Assembly: GCA_031552765.1 (NCBI GenBank)
Contig: JAVBME010000008.1
Location: forward strand, 66,095-130,094
Direction: 5' to 3'
Source: Acidaminococcales bacterium
GTDB lineage: Bacteria; Bacillota; Negativicutes; Acidaminococcales; JAISLQ01
DNA: 64,000 bases
Numbering within the stretch: the first letter of the stretch is position 1; each line of letters begins with the position of its first letter. The notes under the pieces are model-generated. The model had not been told where the DNA came from, searched no databases, and worked only from the letters and a program-made list of their open reading frames with translations. Of this stretch, positions 1 through 9,656 are shown in pieces. The translations under genes were made by a program, and so were the position numbers.

Positions 1-301
1 TATCATATTTCTGAGCTGTTATAGCGTCTTTTGCTTTTTCCCAGCCACTTCTTACCATTTTCACATCTATCGGGTCAGGGTTGGCAAAATTTACAAAACA
101 GTCCCTGCCTACCTGGCATATTTCAAAATCCGGCAAATATTTGACAGATTTTATTTCGCCATAATTTTCATCATTTTTTAAAAATTGCAGCATGAGAACT
201 TTCAGCCCGTGCCCTACTGCCCTCATCGCCAAACCCAGGCTGGCGGTAGTCTTTCCTTTGCCGTCGCCGGTATATACTTGTACCATTCCTTGCCCGTCCA
301 T
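1..301 (-). CDS. cobO: cob(I)yrinic acid a,c-diamide adenosyltransferase (CobO/BtuR family), N-terminal part only; the gene runs off the left edge
   Basis: Absent from the ORF track because there is no stop in the window. Manual minus-strand translation from ATG at 301 gives MDGQGMVQVYTGDGKGKTTASLGLAMRAVGHGLKVLMLQFLKNDENYGEIK..., with the GDGKGKTTA P-loop typical of this family. GGTGA lies just upstream. Confidence 0.7.
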   Translation of the reverse strand, partial: MDGQGMVQVYTGDGKGKTTASLGLAMRAVGHGLKVLMLQFLKNDENYGEIKSVKYLPDFEICQVGRDCFVNFANPDPIDVKMVRSGWEKAKDAITAQKYD

Positions 302-315
302 GCCGTTCACCGCCT

Positions 316-1611
316 TTATGCTGATAACAGCCGCTTTAGACCGGCTGCTCCCTGGGCAACTTTTACAGTGCAGGGGATGTTTTTTTCCAAGTCTTTTATG
401 TGCATGCCGTCCAGAAAATCTTCCTCCTGAGCGCGCAGGGCAAGGCCAGGGATGATTACGCGCACAGGCATTTGCGGTAACGACATTATTTTTCTCATTA
501 TGTCCTGTCCAGTCAAAAGGCCCGTTACGGTCACGGTATGACCAAAAAAAACGTTCTCCACCGGCAGCAGACAGTGCTTACTGCCTGTTTGCCTGTTTAT
601 TTCTTCTAGCAGAGGAGCTAATACCTGCTGGGCGGACAGGCCGCATACTACAAAGGTGTCAGGCTGTTTTACCGGCAGAGGTATTTTTTCTTCCTGCCAT
701 TCATCAAGGAATTTCCTTATTATGCCTACGCCGTTTTCATATTGAGGGAAACCGTCATAATCTTTGGCCCGAGGAACTGGTTTTTTCGCTTGCACATAAA
801 ATTCGTCGGAAGGATAGATAAATGCGCGGCCTATTTCGGCGCGGCATGCTTTCTGCCATGCGGTTACAGTATCGACAAGGATTTTGGCTTCTTCTTCAGT
901 AAAGGCGCGCAAACCGTCTGCCCGGCTGTATTTGGTAAGGCCTACAGGCACTACGGCCATTGATAATATAGACGAGTTGAAGGCAAAAAGGTCATGGAAA
1001 GTTTTTTGCAAAACCGCCCCGTCGTTTATACCGGGACAAAGCACCACCTGGGTGTGAAACTCTATGCCGCCTGCCGCGAGCCTTTTGATACAGGATAATA
1101 TCTCTCCCGCCCGCTTGTTGCGGATAAGTCTTTGGCGGATAATCTCATCTGTAGCGTGTACCGACACATATAAAGGTGACAGGTGCAGTTTTAGTATGCG
1201 CTGTTCATCGGCAGGAGTGAAATTGGTAAAGGTAATAAAATTGCCATATAAAAAGGACAACCTATAATCGTCGTCTTTCACATAAAGGCTTGAGCGCATC
1301 TGGGGCGCCATCTGGTCGACGAAACAAAATACGCAGGCATTGGAACATTCTTTTACTCCGTCAAATACTGCTGTATCAAACTCGAGCCCTAATTCCTGGT
1401 CAATTTCTTTATGTATGATTACAGTGCGCTCTTTGCCTTCCCCGTCTGCCAGGGAGAGTTCGAGCAGTTCTTCTGCGAACAGGAAACTCAGGTCAATGAT
1501 ATCAAAAAAGGCGTTCCCGTTTACGGCAAGGAGGCGCTCGCCGGATTGAACGCCGGCTAAATCAGCCGGGCTGTGCAGTTTTACCTTTGTTATGCAGTTA
1601 TTTTCATACAT
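316..1611 (-). CDS. DUF512 family protein (PDZ-like N-terminus, radical-SAM-like Cx3Cx2C core, DUF512 C-terminal region); function unknown
   Basis: 431 aa ORF with the KECSNACVFCFVDQ cysteine triad. Layout resembles the conserved Firmicute DUF512 proteins. Confidence 0.7.
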   Translation of the reverse strand: MYENNCITKVKLHSPADLAGVQSGERLLAVNGNAFFDIIDLSFLFAEELLELSLADGEGKERTVIIHKEIDQELGLEFDTAVFDGVKECSNACVFCFVDQMAPQMRSSLYVKDDDYRLSFLYGNFITFTNFTPADEQRILKLHLSPLYVSVHATDEIIRQRLIRNKRAGEILSCIKRLAAGGIEFHTQVVLCPGINDGAVLQKTFHDLFAFNSSILSMAVVPVGLTKYSRADGLRAFTEEEAKILVDTVTAWQKACRAEIGRAFIYPSDEFYVQAKKPVPRAKDYDGFPQYENGVGIIRKFLDEWQEEKIPLPVKQPDTFVVCGLSAQQVLAPLLEEINRQTGSKHCLLPVENVFFGHTVTVTGLLTGQDIMRKIMSLPQMPVRVIIPGLALRAQEEDFLDGMHIKDLEKNIPCTVKVAQGAAGLKRLLSA

Positions 1612-1627
1612 AAATTTGTCCTTGCTT

Positions 1628-2716
1628 TTATTTATGTGCTTCGCCTCGGGCGTAGCCGAAGTTTTCTATGGCTATCCCCCTGGCGGTCAGCCATTCGCGG
1701 GTATTACCCGTTATAACAATGGGTTTTTTATGTAAATCATCAATGTTGGCGGCGCCGGCCAGCAACATGGTTTTTTTCAGGCCGTCCAGCAAATCGGTGA
1801 TGCTTTGGCTAACAGATTCTTCGTCATTGCCGCTCTTTGCCAGTGTGCGCAAAAACATGGCCGCAATACCTGCGGCCCGTCCGCCGCACGCTAAAGCTTT
1901 CGCTAAATCGAGGGCGCTGCGGATGCCGCCGCTTACCACTATATCTGCGCGGCCTTTGGCTACAGTGGCTGCTTCCAGTGTGCTGGCGGCCGTCGTTATG
2001 CCCCAGGACAAAAGTTCGGGATGGGCAAAAGCTTCGCCGCGCGCAGCTTCGATAGCCAGAAAATTGCTGCCGCCGCAGCCGGAAATATCTATAGCGCTCA
2101 CTCCTGCGGCAATGAGTTCACCGGCTTGTTCCATTGCTATGCCGCAGCCGGTTTCTTTTACTATGACCGGTACGTCGAGCACGGCAATGATTTTTTTTAT
2201 ATTGTCAAGGTAACCGCGAAAATCCCTGTCGCCTTCCGGCATTACCATTTCCTGCGCTATATTGAGGTGTATTTGCAGAGCATCGGCTCCAAGCATATCG
2301 ACAACAGACTGCGCTTGCCGCGCCGTTGCATAAGCGCCGATGTTGGCAAAAATAACGCCGTCAGGATTTTCTTCACGGACAACGGTAAAAGTGTTTATGA
2401 CCGAAGGGTCTTTAAGCGCTATATTCTGTGAACCAACTGCCATGGCGGCGTTCGTCCGCTTAGCCGCTATGGCTAAACGGCGGTTGGTTTCCATTACGCT
2501 TTGGTCGCCGCCGGTCATGGCGTTGATGACAAGCGGATGGGGCAATTTGATCCCGGCTATGGCCGTGGAAAGGTCTACCGCAGAGAAATCCAGGCCGGAC
2601 AAACAATTATGTACCAGCTGGATATCAGAAAACCCGGTTTGTTGAGGGCCGTCCGGCAGTTCTAAGGAATATCTTAGATGATCGGCTTTTCGCGATCGGT
2701 GTAATAGGGTTTTCAT
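1628..2716 (-). CDS. fni: type 2 isopentenyl-diphosphate delta-isomerase (FMN-dependent IDI-2)
   Basis: 362 aa with INAMTGG and VKETGCGI motifs. The TIM-barrel FMN oxidoreductase pattern is typical of IDI-2. Confidence 0.85.
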   Translation of the reverse strand: MKTLLHRSRKADHLRYSLELPDGPQQTGFSDIQLVHNCLSGLDFSAVDLSTAIAGIKLPHPLVINAMTGGDQSVMETNRRLAIAAKRTNAAMAVGSQNIALKDPSVINTFTVVREENPDGVIFANIGAYATARQAQSVVDMLGADALQIHLNIAQEMVMPEGDRDFRGYLDNIKKIIAVLDVPVIVKETGCGIAMEQAGELIAAGVSAIDISGCGGSNFLAIEAARGEAFAHPELLSWGITTAASTLEAATVAKGRADIVVSGGIRSALDLAKALACGGRAAGIAAMFLRTLAKSGNDEESVSQSITDLLDGLKKTMLLAGAANIDDLHKKPIVITGNTREWLTARGIAIENFGYARGEAHK

Positions 2717-2719
2717 ATA

Positions 2720-4684
2720 TTATTTGTCGAGCAATTTGCTCAGGTCAAATTTACTGCCGATAGAAGTAGTAAACTCATTATTTTCAGCAAGATATTCTTT
2801 GAATTCATTTTTTTCGGCATCATGCTTCGCCTGGGCGATGCTTAAAGATATTTTCTTGCTTTTTTTGTCTACGCCTAAGACTTTTACCTTTACCGGCTGT
2901 CCTTCTTTTAGGACTGATTCGGGTTTATCGATACGCTCTTCGGCGATTTCAGAGATATGTACGAGCCCTTCCGCATTGTTCTCCAGCAGTACAAAAACGC
3001 CGAACGGCAAGAACTTGCTTACTTTTCCTTCCAGTATTTGTCCTTCTTTGATACCGGCAATGACGCTAAACCACGGGTCTGGCTGCAAATCGCGCAGGCT
3101 TAAGGATATTTTTTTGTTTTCTACATCCACTTTTTGTACCAGTACTTGTACTTTGTCGCCGACATTAAGTATATCGGAAGGATGTTTTACCCGGTGCCAG
3201 GCCATATCGGAAATGTGCACAAGTCCGTCAACGCCGCCGATATCGATAAAAGCGCCAAAGTTGGCTAAACGTGATACAGTGCCTTCATATTTTTCGCCGG
3301 ATTTTATTTTGTTGTAAAATTCTTTTTCCTTAACTGCCTTCTCTTCTTTAAGTACTTCACGGCGAGAAAGCACAACCCGTTTTCTCGTTCCTTCATTTTC
3401 CAGTTCAATAACTTTGGCAGATATTTTTTGACCGACCATCGGTGAAAAATCTTCTATCCTGTGGACATCTACATGGGAGGCGGGTATAAAACCCCTCACG
3501 CCCAATACGTCTACCGTTATACCGCCTTTTACCACCGCGGTAACAAGCGTTTCCAGCGTCTCGCCGTTTTCTTGGGCGGCGGCCAGGCGTTCCCAGGCCA
3601 GCACGCTGTCGGCCCGTACTTTGGAAAGGATGACGCAACCGTCTTTATCGGGATTTATTATCATGGCGCTTATACTGTCGCCAACTTTGACCAGAGAGTT
3701 TAAATCGTCCGGAGGCAACAAAGACATTTCCGAACGGAGAATGATACCGTCGCTTTTGTGTTGTATATCGAGATACACCTCATCTTTGGCGATACTGCTT
3801 ACAACCCCTGTAATTATTTCTCCCGCCTTGATGTTAGCTATCGCGCCTTCACCGATTGTTTGCATTTCTTCCATTTTATTAATAACCTCCTCAATCAACC
3901 AATCTGGTGTAGACGCCCCGGCGGTCACACCTATATGTTTGCTGTTTTCCAGCATCTCCGACAATAGTTCGTCGGCGGTCTCGATAAATATGGTATTGGA
4001 GCAGTGTTCGGCAACAATATCACGCAGGTGGTTTGTATTGGCGCTGTTTTTTCCGCCGACTACTATCATGGTGTCGACATTTTTGGCCAATTCCACGGCT
4101 GCTTGCTGGCGTTCGCTGGTAGCCTTGCAGATGGTGCGGGCGACCTTGCTTTCGGAAGCTTTGTCGGTTATAAGGCTGCTTAGTTTTTGAAATGCATCTT
4201 CTGTGCAGGTGGTTTGTACGACTATACCATAGCGGCCGCCTGCTGGAAGGTTGTCCACCTCATCAGAACTGCCGATCACGATAGTGTTTGCTCCGCCCCA
4301 GGCTTTGATGCTTATCACTTCAGGATGCTTGGCCTCGCCTATTATCACTACCCGGTAGCCGTCCTGGCAAAATTTTTCCGCGGCCTCCTGGGCTTTCTTT
4401 ACATGCGGACAGGTGGCGTCTATTACCGTCAGCTCGCGGGCTTGGGCGATGTTATAACTTGACGGCCCTTCGCCATGTGAACGGAATATTACCTTGCTGC
4501 CTGCTTTTAGGCCGTAAAGTGAATCTACCGGTGTTATACCTTGTTTTTTTAAACGGTTGATCATTTGCGGGTTGTGGATGAGCGGGCCAAGAGTATAGGA
4601 ACCGGCGCCGCTTTCTGTGGCCAGGTTTACGGCGCGTTTTACTCCCTGACAAAAACCCATGTATTTAGCTTTGGTGATTTTCAA
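2720..4684 (-). CDS. ispH: bifunctional 4-hydroxy-3-methylbut-2-enyl diphosphate reductase (IspH/LytB) fused to ribosomal protein S1 repeats
   Basis: 654 aa. The N-terminus MGFCQGVKRAV plus a full IspH body is followed by several S1 domains (for example GTVSRLANFGAFIDIGGVDGLVHISD). The fusion is known in Clostridia and Negativicutes. Confidence 0.9.
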   Translation of the reverse strand: MKITKAKYMGFCQGVKRAVNLATESGAGSYTLGPLIHNPQMINRLKKQGITPVDSLYGLKAGSKVIFRSHGEGPSSYNIAQARELTVIDATCPHVKKAQEAAEKFCQDGYRVVIIGEAKHPEVISIKAWGGANTIVIGSSDEVDNLPAGGRYGIVVQTTCTEDAFQKLSSLITDKASESKVARTICKATSERQQAAVELAKNVDTMIVVGGKNSANTNHLRDIVAEHCSNTIFIETADELLSEMLENSKHIGVTAGASTPDWLIEEVINKMEEMQTIGEGAIANIKAGEIITGVVSSIAKDEVYLDIQHKSDGIILRSEMSLLPPDDLNSLVKVGDSISAMIINPDKDGCVILSKVRADSVLAWERLAAAQENGETLETLVTAVVKGGITVDVLGVRGFIPASHVDVHRIEDFSPMVGQKISAKVIELENEGTRKRVVLSRREVLKEEKAVKEKEFYNKIKSGEKYEGTVSRLANFGAFIDIGGVDGLVHISDMAWHRVKHPSDILNVGDKVQVLVQKVDVENKKISLSLRDLQPDPWFSVIAGIKEGQILEGKVSKFLPFGVFVLLENNAEGLVHISEIAEERIDKPESVLKEGQPVKVKVLGVDKKSKKISLSIAQAKHDAEKNEFKEYLAENNEFTTSIGSKFDLSKLLDK

Positions 4685-5289
4685 TGCTTATCATTCCTTA
4701 TCTGTGCTAATAATGATCCTATTTCCTGCATAAGACTGTCGGCTATCTGCTGTGGCGTGTCTTTTTCATCTAAATTTTCCGGCATTGGCAGCGGTTTGCC
4801 AAAAATAACAGTGATTTGGGGAAAAGGACGGGATAAAGAGATTTTTTCCGTACCGCTTATAGCGGCGGGAATGATCGTTGCTCCTGTTTTGCACGCCAGC
4901 ATGATGGCGCCCGGTTCGGCTTTACCCAGTGCGCCGTTTTTGCTGCGCGTGCCTTCGGGGAATATACCAAGCACCCTGCCAGACCGTAAGCGCTCCAACG
5001 CCGTTTTTATCGCAGCGCGGTCAGAAGTGCCGCGCCGCACAGGAAAAGCCCCCAGTTTACTTATTATGGCGGCAAAGACCGGGTTGCGGAAAAGTTCTAT
5101 TTTGGCCATGAAGTCTATCTTCCGGGCTTTGCAGGCGGTACCGAGCGTCGGTGGGTCAAGGTTGCTGACATGGTTGCTGGCAATAATAGCTGCGCCCTGC
5201 TGCGGCACGTTTTCTCCGCCAATAATCCTTAACCGGAAAAATATGGCGTAAATAAAGCCAAAGATGATTCTGGCCAGTTTATAAGACAT
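4681..5289 (-). CDS. plsC: 1-acyl-sn-glycerol-3-phosphate acyltransferase
   Basis: 202 aa with the NHVSNLD (Hx4D) acyltransferase motif and an FPEGTRS block. Confidence 0.85.
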   Translation of the reverse strand: MSYKLARIIFGFIYAIFFRLRIIGGENVPQQGAAIIASNHVSNLDPPTLGTACKARKIDFMAKIELFRNPVFAAIISKLGAFPVRRGTSDRAAIKTALERLRSGRVLGIFPEGTRSKNGALGKAEPGAIMLACKTGATIIPAAISGTEKISLSRPFPQITVIFGKPLPMPENLDEKDTPQQIADSLMQEIGSLLAQIRNDKH

Positions 5290-5958
5290 TTACAATCTGC
5301 TCCTTGCCAGGTTTACTATTTCATCAACAGTCTGGCGTATACTGAGTTTTGTAGAGTCTATTTCGATAGCGTCATCAGCTTTTTTTAAAGGTGCGATCGC
5401 GCGCCCCATATCGGCTTTGTCGCGTTCGTCTATTTCTCTTTGCAGTTCTTCTATATCCACCTTCTGCCCTTTGGCTACCAGCTCTATGTAACGGCGCCGA
5501 GCGCGTTCGGCACTGCTGGCTACAAGGTATATTTTGACCGCGGCGTCGGGGAATATGCATGTGCCCACATCGCGGCCGTCCATGACGGCATTGCCGGCGG
5601 AGCCGAGGGCCCTTTGCTGCACAAGCATGGCGCTTCTAACCCCGCCCAGGCTGGATACGAAAGAAGCTTGGTTGGATACCTCGGTCGTCCTGATTTCTTC
5701 CGTTACTTCGCTGCCGTCCACAAACACCCGGTTTATATCGCCGTCCGGGCGAAATACGATATTTACCTTGGCGGCGGTCTCCTCTATTTTTCCCTGGTCG
5801 TTTATTACGCCAAGCTGAAGGCATTTTAAAGCTATGGCGCGGTACATGGCTCCGGTATCAATATAGGCGAAACCCAGTTTTGTTGCTACCTGCTTTGCTA
5901 CAGTGCTTTTTCCGGCCCCGGCCGGCCCATCTATGGCAATGATCTTGCTACCACTCAA
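5290..5958 (-). CDS. cmk: cytidylate kinase
   Basis: 222 aa with the IAIDGPAGAGKSTVAK P-loop. The cmk position next to the S1 gene matches other Firmicutes. Confidence 0.92.
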   Translation of the reverse strand: MSGSKIIAIDGPAGAGKSTVAKQVATKLGFAYIDTGAMYRAIALKCLQLGVINDQGKIEETAAKVNIVFRPDGDINRVFVDGSEVTEEIRTTEVSNQASFVSSLGGVRSAMLVQQRALGSAGNAVMDGRDVGTCIFPDAAVKIYLVASSAERARRRYIELVAKGQKVDIEELQREIDERDKADMGRAIAPLKKADDAIEIDSTKLSIRQTVDEIVNLARSRL

Positions 5959-5975
5959 AATAAAATACCTGCCTC

Positions 5976-7217
5976 TCAGTTGTAAATACTGCCGGCGTTT
6001 GTACCGGCAACATAGCCTGTAGAAAAAGCCGCTTGTAGATTGAAACCTCCGGTATAGCCGTCTATATCCATCACTTCACCGGCAAAGTACAGGCCGGTCA
6101 ATATTTTGGACGCCAGTGTCTTGGGGTCTATTTCTTTCAGGTTTACTCCGCCAGCGGTCACTATCGCTTCGGCCAACGGCCTGGTAGAAGTAACCGATAA
6201 CCGGAAATCTTTTAATACTGCCAGAAATCTTTTTCGTTCTTCTTTGCTTATCTGATTGGTAAATTTTTCTTCGTCTATTTGCGCTTCGGCCAGCACTACC
6301 GGGATCAAGCTCGCCGGTAAAAGCTCATGCAGTGAATTTTTTATCTGCTTGCGGCTATACCGGGTAAAATCCCTTTGTATGCGGGCGTCGAGGATTTCCG
6401 GCTTTAGGGCGGGTTTGAGGTCTATAGCTATTTCCACTTTAAGGCCTGCGGCAAGCTGCTTTGATACTTCATTGCTCAAAGACAAGATGACCGGGCCGGA
6501 CAAACCAAAGTGCGTAAACAGCATTTCGCCGAATTCATTTTTGACTGTTTTGCCGCCGGCAATTATACCGGCATTTATGTTGCGCAGAGAAAGTCCCTGC
6601 AACTTAGGTAAATATGGAGAGTTAGATTGCAGTGGCACCAGGGAGGGTTTTAAAGGAATTATGCTGTGGCCGCATTTTTCCGCCAGCAAAAAACCACTGC
6701 CGTCAGAGCCTGTACCGGGGTAGGAAGCGCCACCGGCTGCCAGGACGACGCTTTTAGCCAGAAAAGTATCTTTGTTAGTTTTTACACCTGAAACTGTACC
6801 GTTATTTACTAATATCTCTTTGGCCTTTGTGTTGAGGATGATTTTTCCTCCCAGGCGTTTAAAGACAGCCAGCAAGGTATCGCGTACATCGGCCGCTTTA
6901 TCGCTTACCGGAAAAACACGTCCGCCGCGTTCGACTTTTGTGAAGAGGTCATTTTCTTCAAAAAAAGCTATCAACTGACGGTTGTCAAAAGCGCGTAAGG
7001 CACTGTTGAGAAAAACGCCGTTCCCCGGGATATTTTTTATTATCTCCGCAACGTCGCAAATATTGGTGATGTTACAGCGGCCTTTGCCGGTAATGAGCAG
7101 CTTGCGTCCCGCTTCTTTCATATGGTCAAGTATGAGTGTTTTGGCGCCTTGCTGCGCGGCGGCAATGCCGGCTAGCAAGCCGGCGGGGCCTGCCCCTATT
7201 ATTACCACATCATACAT
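5976..7217 (-). CDS. NAD(P)/FAD-dependent oxidoreductase, HI0933/BaiN-like flavoprotein
   Basis: 413 aa with an N-terminal VVIIGAGPAGLLAG dinucleotide fold and a GRCNITN block typical of the HI0933 family. Confidence 0.8.
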   Translation of the reverse strand: MYDVVIIGAGPAGLLAGIAAAQQGAKTLILDHMKEAGRKLLITGKGRCNITNICDVAEIIKNIPGNGVFLNSALRAFDNRQLIAFFEENDLFTKVERGGRVFPVSDKAADVRDTLLAVFKRLGGKIILNTKAKEILVNNGTVSGVKTNKDTFLAKSVVLAAGGASYPGTGSDGSGFLLAEKCGHSIIPLKPSLVPLQSNSPYLPKLQGLSLRNINAGIIAGGKTVKNEFGEMLFTHFGLSGPVILSLSNEVSKQLAAGLKVEIAIDLKPALKPEILDARIQRDFTRYSRKQIKNSLHELLPASLIPVVLAEAQIDEEKFTNQISKEERKRFLAVLKDFRLSVTSTRPLAEAIVTAGGVNLKEIDPKTLASKILTGLYFAGEVMDIDGYTGGFNLQAAFSTGYVAGTNAGSIYN

Positions 7218-7947
7218 CGTCTTCTCTTATCACCTGTTTATAAAGATTTTTCACTTCTTCCGGGTTTAATTCCCTTATACCGCCCCGCTTGAGGCCGGAT
7301 AAAGTTATCCCGGCAAACTTTGTGCGTTTCAAATAACGCACCGGGTGGCCGATAGCGTCGCACATACGCCTTACTTGGCGGTTGCGTCCTTCGTGTATCG
7401 TTATGTCAAAAATCGTCACATTTTTTTCATGCTGGTATTCCATGAGATCTACTATAGCCGGGGCGGTTTTCCCGTCGTCGAGAAGCAGCCCCATACGCAA
7501 TTTGTCGAGGGCGTCGTCATTTATCATGCCAAGGGCGCTTACCCGGTAGGTTTTTTTTACGGTGTGGCTGGGATGGCTGAGCAGTTGCGCCAGCTCGCCG
7601 TCATTGGTAAAAAGTAAGATACCCTCGGTATTGTAGTCAAGACGTCCCACAGGAAAAACTTTTTCCGGCAGGTTTTTGAAATAATCCGCTACAGTTTTGC
7701 GCCCTTCAGGGTCGGACATGCTGGTGATGACTCCGCGCGGCTTGTTGAATATGTAATAAACTTTCTTTTGCGCTTCTACCGGCCGGCCGTCGAGAATGAC
7801 CTTGTCCCTGGCCGGGTCTACTTTACTGCCAAGCTCCTGTACGGTCTTGCCGTTCACTCTTACGCGCCCGGCCAGGATTATTTTCTCCGCATCGCGCCGC
7901 GAGGCGATACCGGCCTGGGAGAGGAATTTTTGCAATCTTTCTTCCAT
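7210..7947 (-). CDS. rluB: 23S rRNA pseudouridine synthase, RluB/RsuA family
   Basis: 245 aa with an S4 domain (RLQKFLSQAGIASRRDAEKII) and the catalytic GRLDYNTEG motif. Confidence 0.88.
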   Translation of the reverse strand: MEERLQKFLSQAGIASRRDAEKIILAGRVRVNGKTVQELGSKVDPARDKVILDGRPVEAQKKVYYIFNKPRGVITSMSDPEGRKTVADYFKNLPEKVFPVGRLDYNTEGILLFTNDGELAQLLSHPSHTVKKTYRVSALGMINDDALDKLRMGLLLDDGKTAPAIVDLMEYQHEKNVTIFDITIHEGRNRQVRRMCDAIGHPVRYLKRTKFAGITLSGLKRGGIRELNPEEVKNLYKQVIREDDV

Positions 7948-7974
7948 TGTTTAAGTTGCTCCAATTTACAAGAT

Positions 7975-9069
7975 TCAACTTGCTATTTTTATTTCTGTTT
8001 TGCTGACAAGGCGCAGTTTGCGCACTTCCTTGCCATCATACGTGACCCGTACAAAGCCCGCCTCCTGCCCTTGTTTTACCGGCGCGAACAGGCGCCTGGC
8101 CGGTATTACTTCGACCTTATACTTGTTGAGATCGTTTATTACAGGCAGTGTCAGGTCCTCTTCCACGGTCAGGCTTGCATTGTCCGTGCCTTTATACACG
8201 GGAGTCGAGTAAACGGTATCCCCTCTTTTGTATATTTTTTCCGGCGTAATAAGGGAAAAACCATAATCCATAAGCTTCCAGGCGTCATTCCAACAATAAT
8301 CATCTGAGTGGTATGTAACGGCAATAAGTTTGACGCCGTTTTTTTCCGCGCTGGTCACTAGGCAATATCTGGCCGCGTTGGTATAACCGGTTTTTACGCC
8401 TGTCGCGCCGTCATAAGATGCCAAAAATTTGTTGGTGTTGACAAATATGCTCTCTTGCGCGGCGTTTCTTTTATTCCAGGGATGTTCATATGTACCCACG
8501 ATATTGGCGAAAGCCGGGTTTTTAAGCGCATAAGCGGTTATTAAGGCCATATCGCGCGGGGTCGTATAATGCTCAGGGTCAGGCAAGCCGGAAGGATTGA
8601 CAAATTTGCTGTTTTTTGCGCCGATGAGGCGCGCTGTCGCATTCATCAAGTTAACAAAGCGTTCTACCGAGCCATTGCCCAAGTGTTCGGCTATGGCAGT
8701 AGCGGCGTCGTTGCCAGATACCATCATCATACCGTAAAACAGTTCTTGCAAAAAGTATCTCTCGCCTGCCTTCAGCCGCATGGATGAGCCTTCTATAGAG
8801 GCGGCCCGGGGGCTTATAGTGACAGTCGTGTTGCGGCTGTTGTTTTCAAGAGCGGTGATCAGTGTGAGTATTTTGGTAGTGCTGGCCGGAAAGCACAGCG
8901 TATCGGCATTTTTATTGAATAGCTCTTTGCCAGTAGACGCTTCGATGACAATAGCGTAAGTAGCGTCTACTGACGGCGCCGGGCCCATAGCCGGTTCCGT
9001 AGTAGCCGGGAAAGCAAATAAAAATTGTACGAAAGCAAAGGAAATTATTATCGCGCGTTTCAGCATCAC
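7975..9069 (-). CDS. dacB: D-alanyl-D-alanine carboxypeptidase (PBP5 family, DacB-like)
   Basis: 364 aa with a signal-like N-terminus and the SxxK (ASTTK), SxN (SGN) and KTG motifs. It sits after scpB, as dacB does in Bacillus. Confidence 0.85.
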   Translation of the reverse strand: MMLKRAIIISFAFVQFLFAFPATTEPAMGPAPSVDATYAIVIEASTGKELFNKNADTLCFPASTTKILTLITALENNSRNTTVTISPRAASIEGSSMRLKAGERYFLQELFYGMMMVSGNDAATAIAEHLGNGSVERFVNLMNATARLIGAKNSKFVNPSGLPDPEHYTTPRDMALITAYALKNPAFANIVGTYEHPWNKRNAAQESIFVNTNKFLASYDGATGVKTGYTNAARYCLVTSAEKNGVKLIAVTYHSDDYCWNDAWKLMDYGFSLITPEKIYKRGDTVYSTPVYKGTDNASLTVEEDLTLPVINDLNKYKVEVIPARRLFAPVKQGQEAGFVRVTYDGKEVRKLRLVSKTEIKIAS

Positions 9070-9656
9070 TCATTCTCCATGTTGGCAGGCAACTCTTCTA
9101 TTTCTGGAAATACTTCTTTAGGCAATTTGGGTAAATCTAAAAGCGAATTTAAACCGAAAGAAGCCAAAAAATCATTGGTAGTGGCATAAAGGATCGGCCT
9201 GCCGGCAGCATCTTTACGGCCGGCTTCTTTGACGAATTTCAGTTCGATAAGCGCATTTAGTATCTTGTCGCTTTTTATGCCGCGTATAGCCTCTATCTCC
9301 TGTTTGGTCACAGGCTGGCGAAAAGCTATTATAGCCAGGGTTTCCATCATCGCCTGCGACAATTTTGTTTCCTGGGCCTGTCCTAATTTTCCTATAGTAT
9401 CTGCCAGTTCTTTTTTAGTACATAACTGGTAACCGCCGGCGATATGGCGTATAGTTAGCCCATGCACCGGTTTTGCCAGTTCTTCTTTCAGGTCAAAGAT
9501 GATATCTTCCACGTGGTCGGCCGGGATATCGAGGATTTTCGCTATCTTGTCGGCTGCTATAGGGTCGCCGCTGGCAAACAGGATGGCTTCCACATGGCTG
9601 TAAAATTTGTCATAAAACATGTGCGCCCTCCTGTAGGTAGATATAAATATCGCCAA
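9066..9656 (-). CDS. scpB: segregation and condensation protein B
   Basis: 196 aa ORF with an ScpB winged-helix pattern (EAILFASGDP...). The real start is probably the internal MFYDKF (about 9620). Confidence 0.88.
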   Translation of the reverse strand: MAIFISTYRRAHMFYDKFYSHVEAILFASGDPIAADKIAKILDIPADHVEDIIFDLKEELAKPVHGLTIRHIAGGYQLCTKKELADTIGKLGQAQETKLSQAMMETLAIIAFRQPVTKQEIEAIRGIKSDKILNALIELKFVKEAGRKDAAGRPILYATTNDFLASFGLNSLLDLPKLPKEVFPEIEELPANMENE

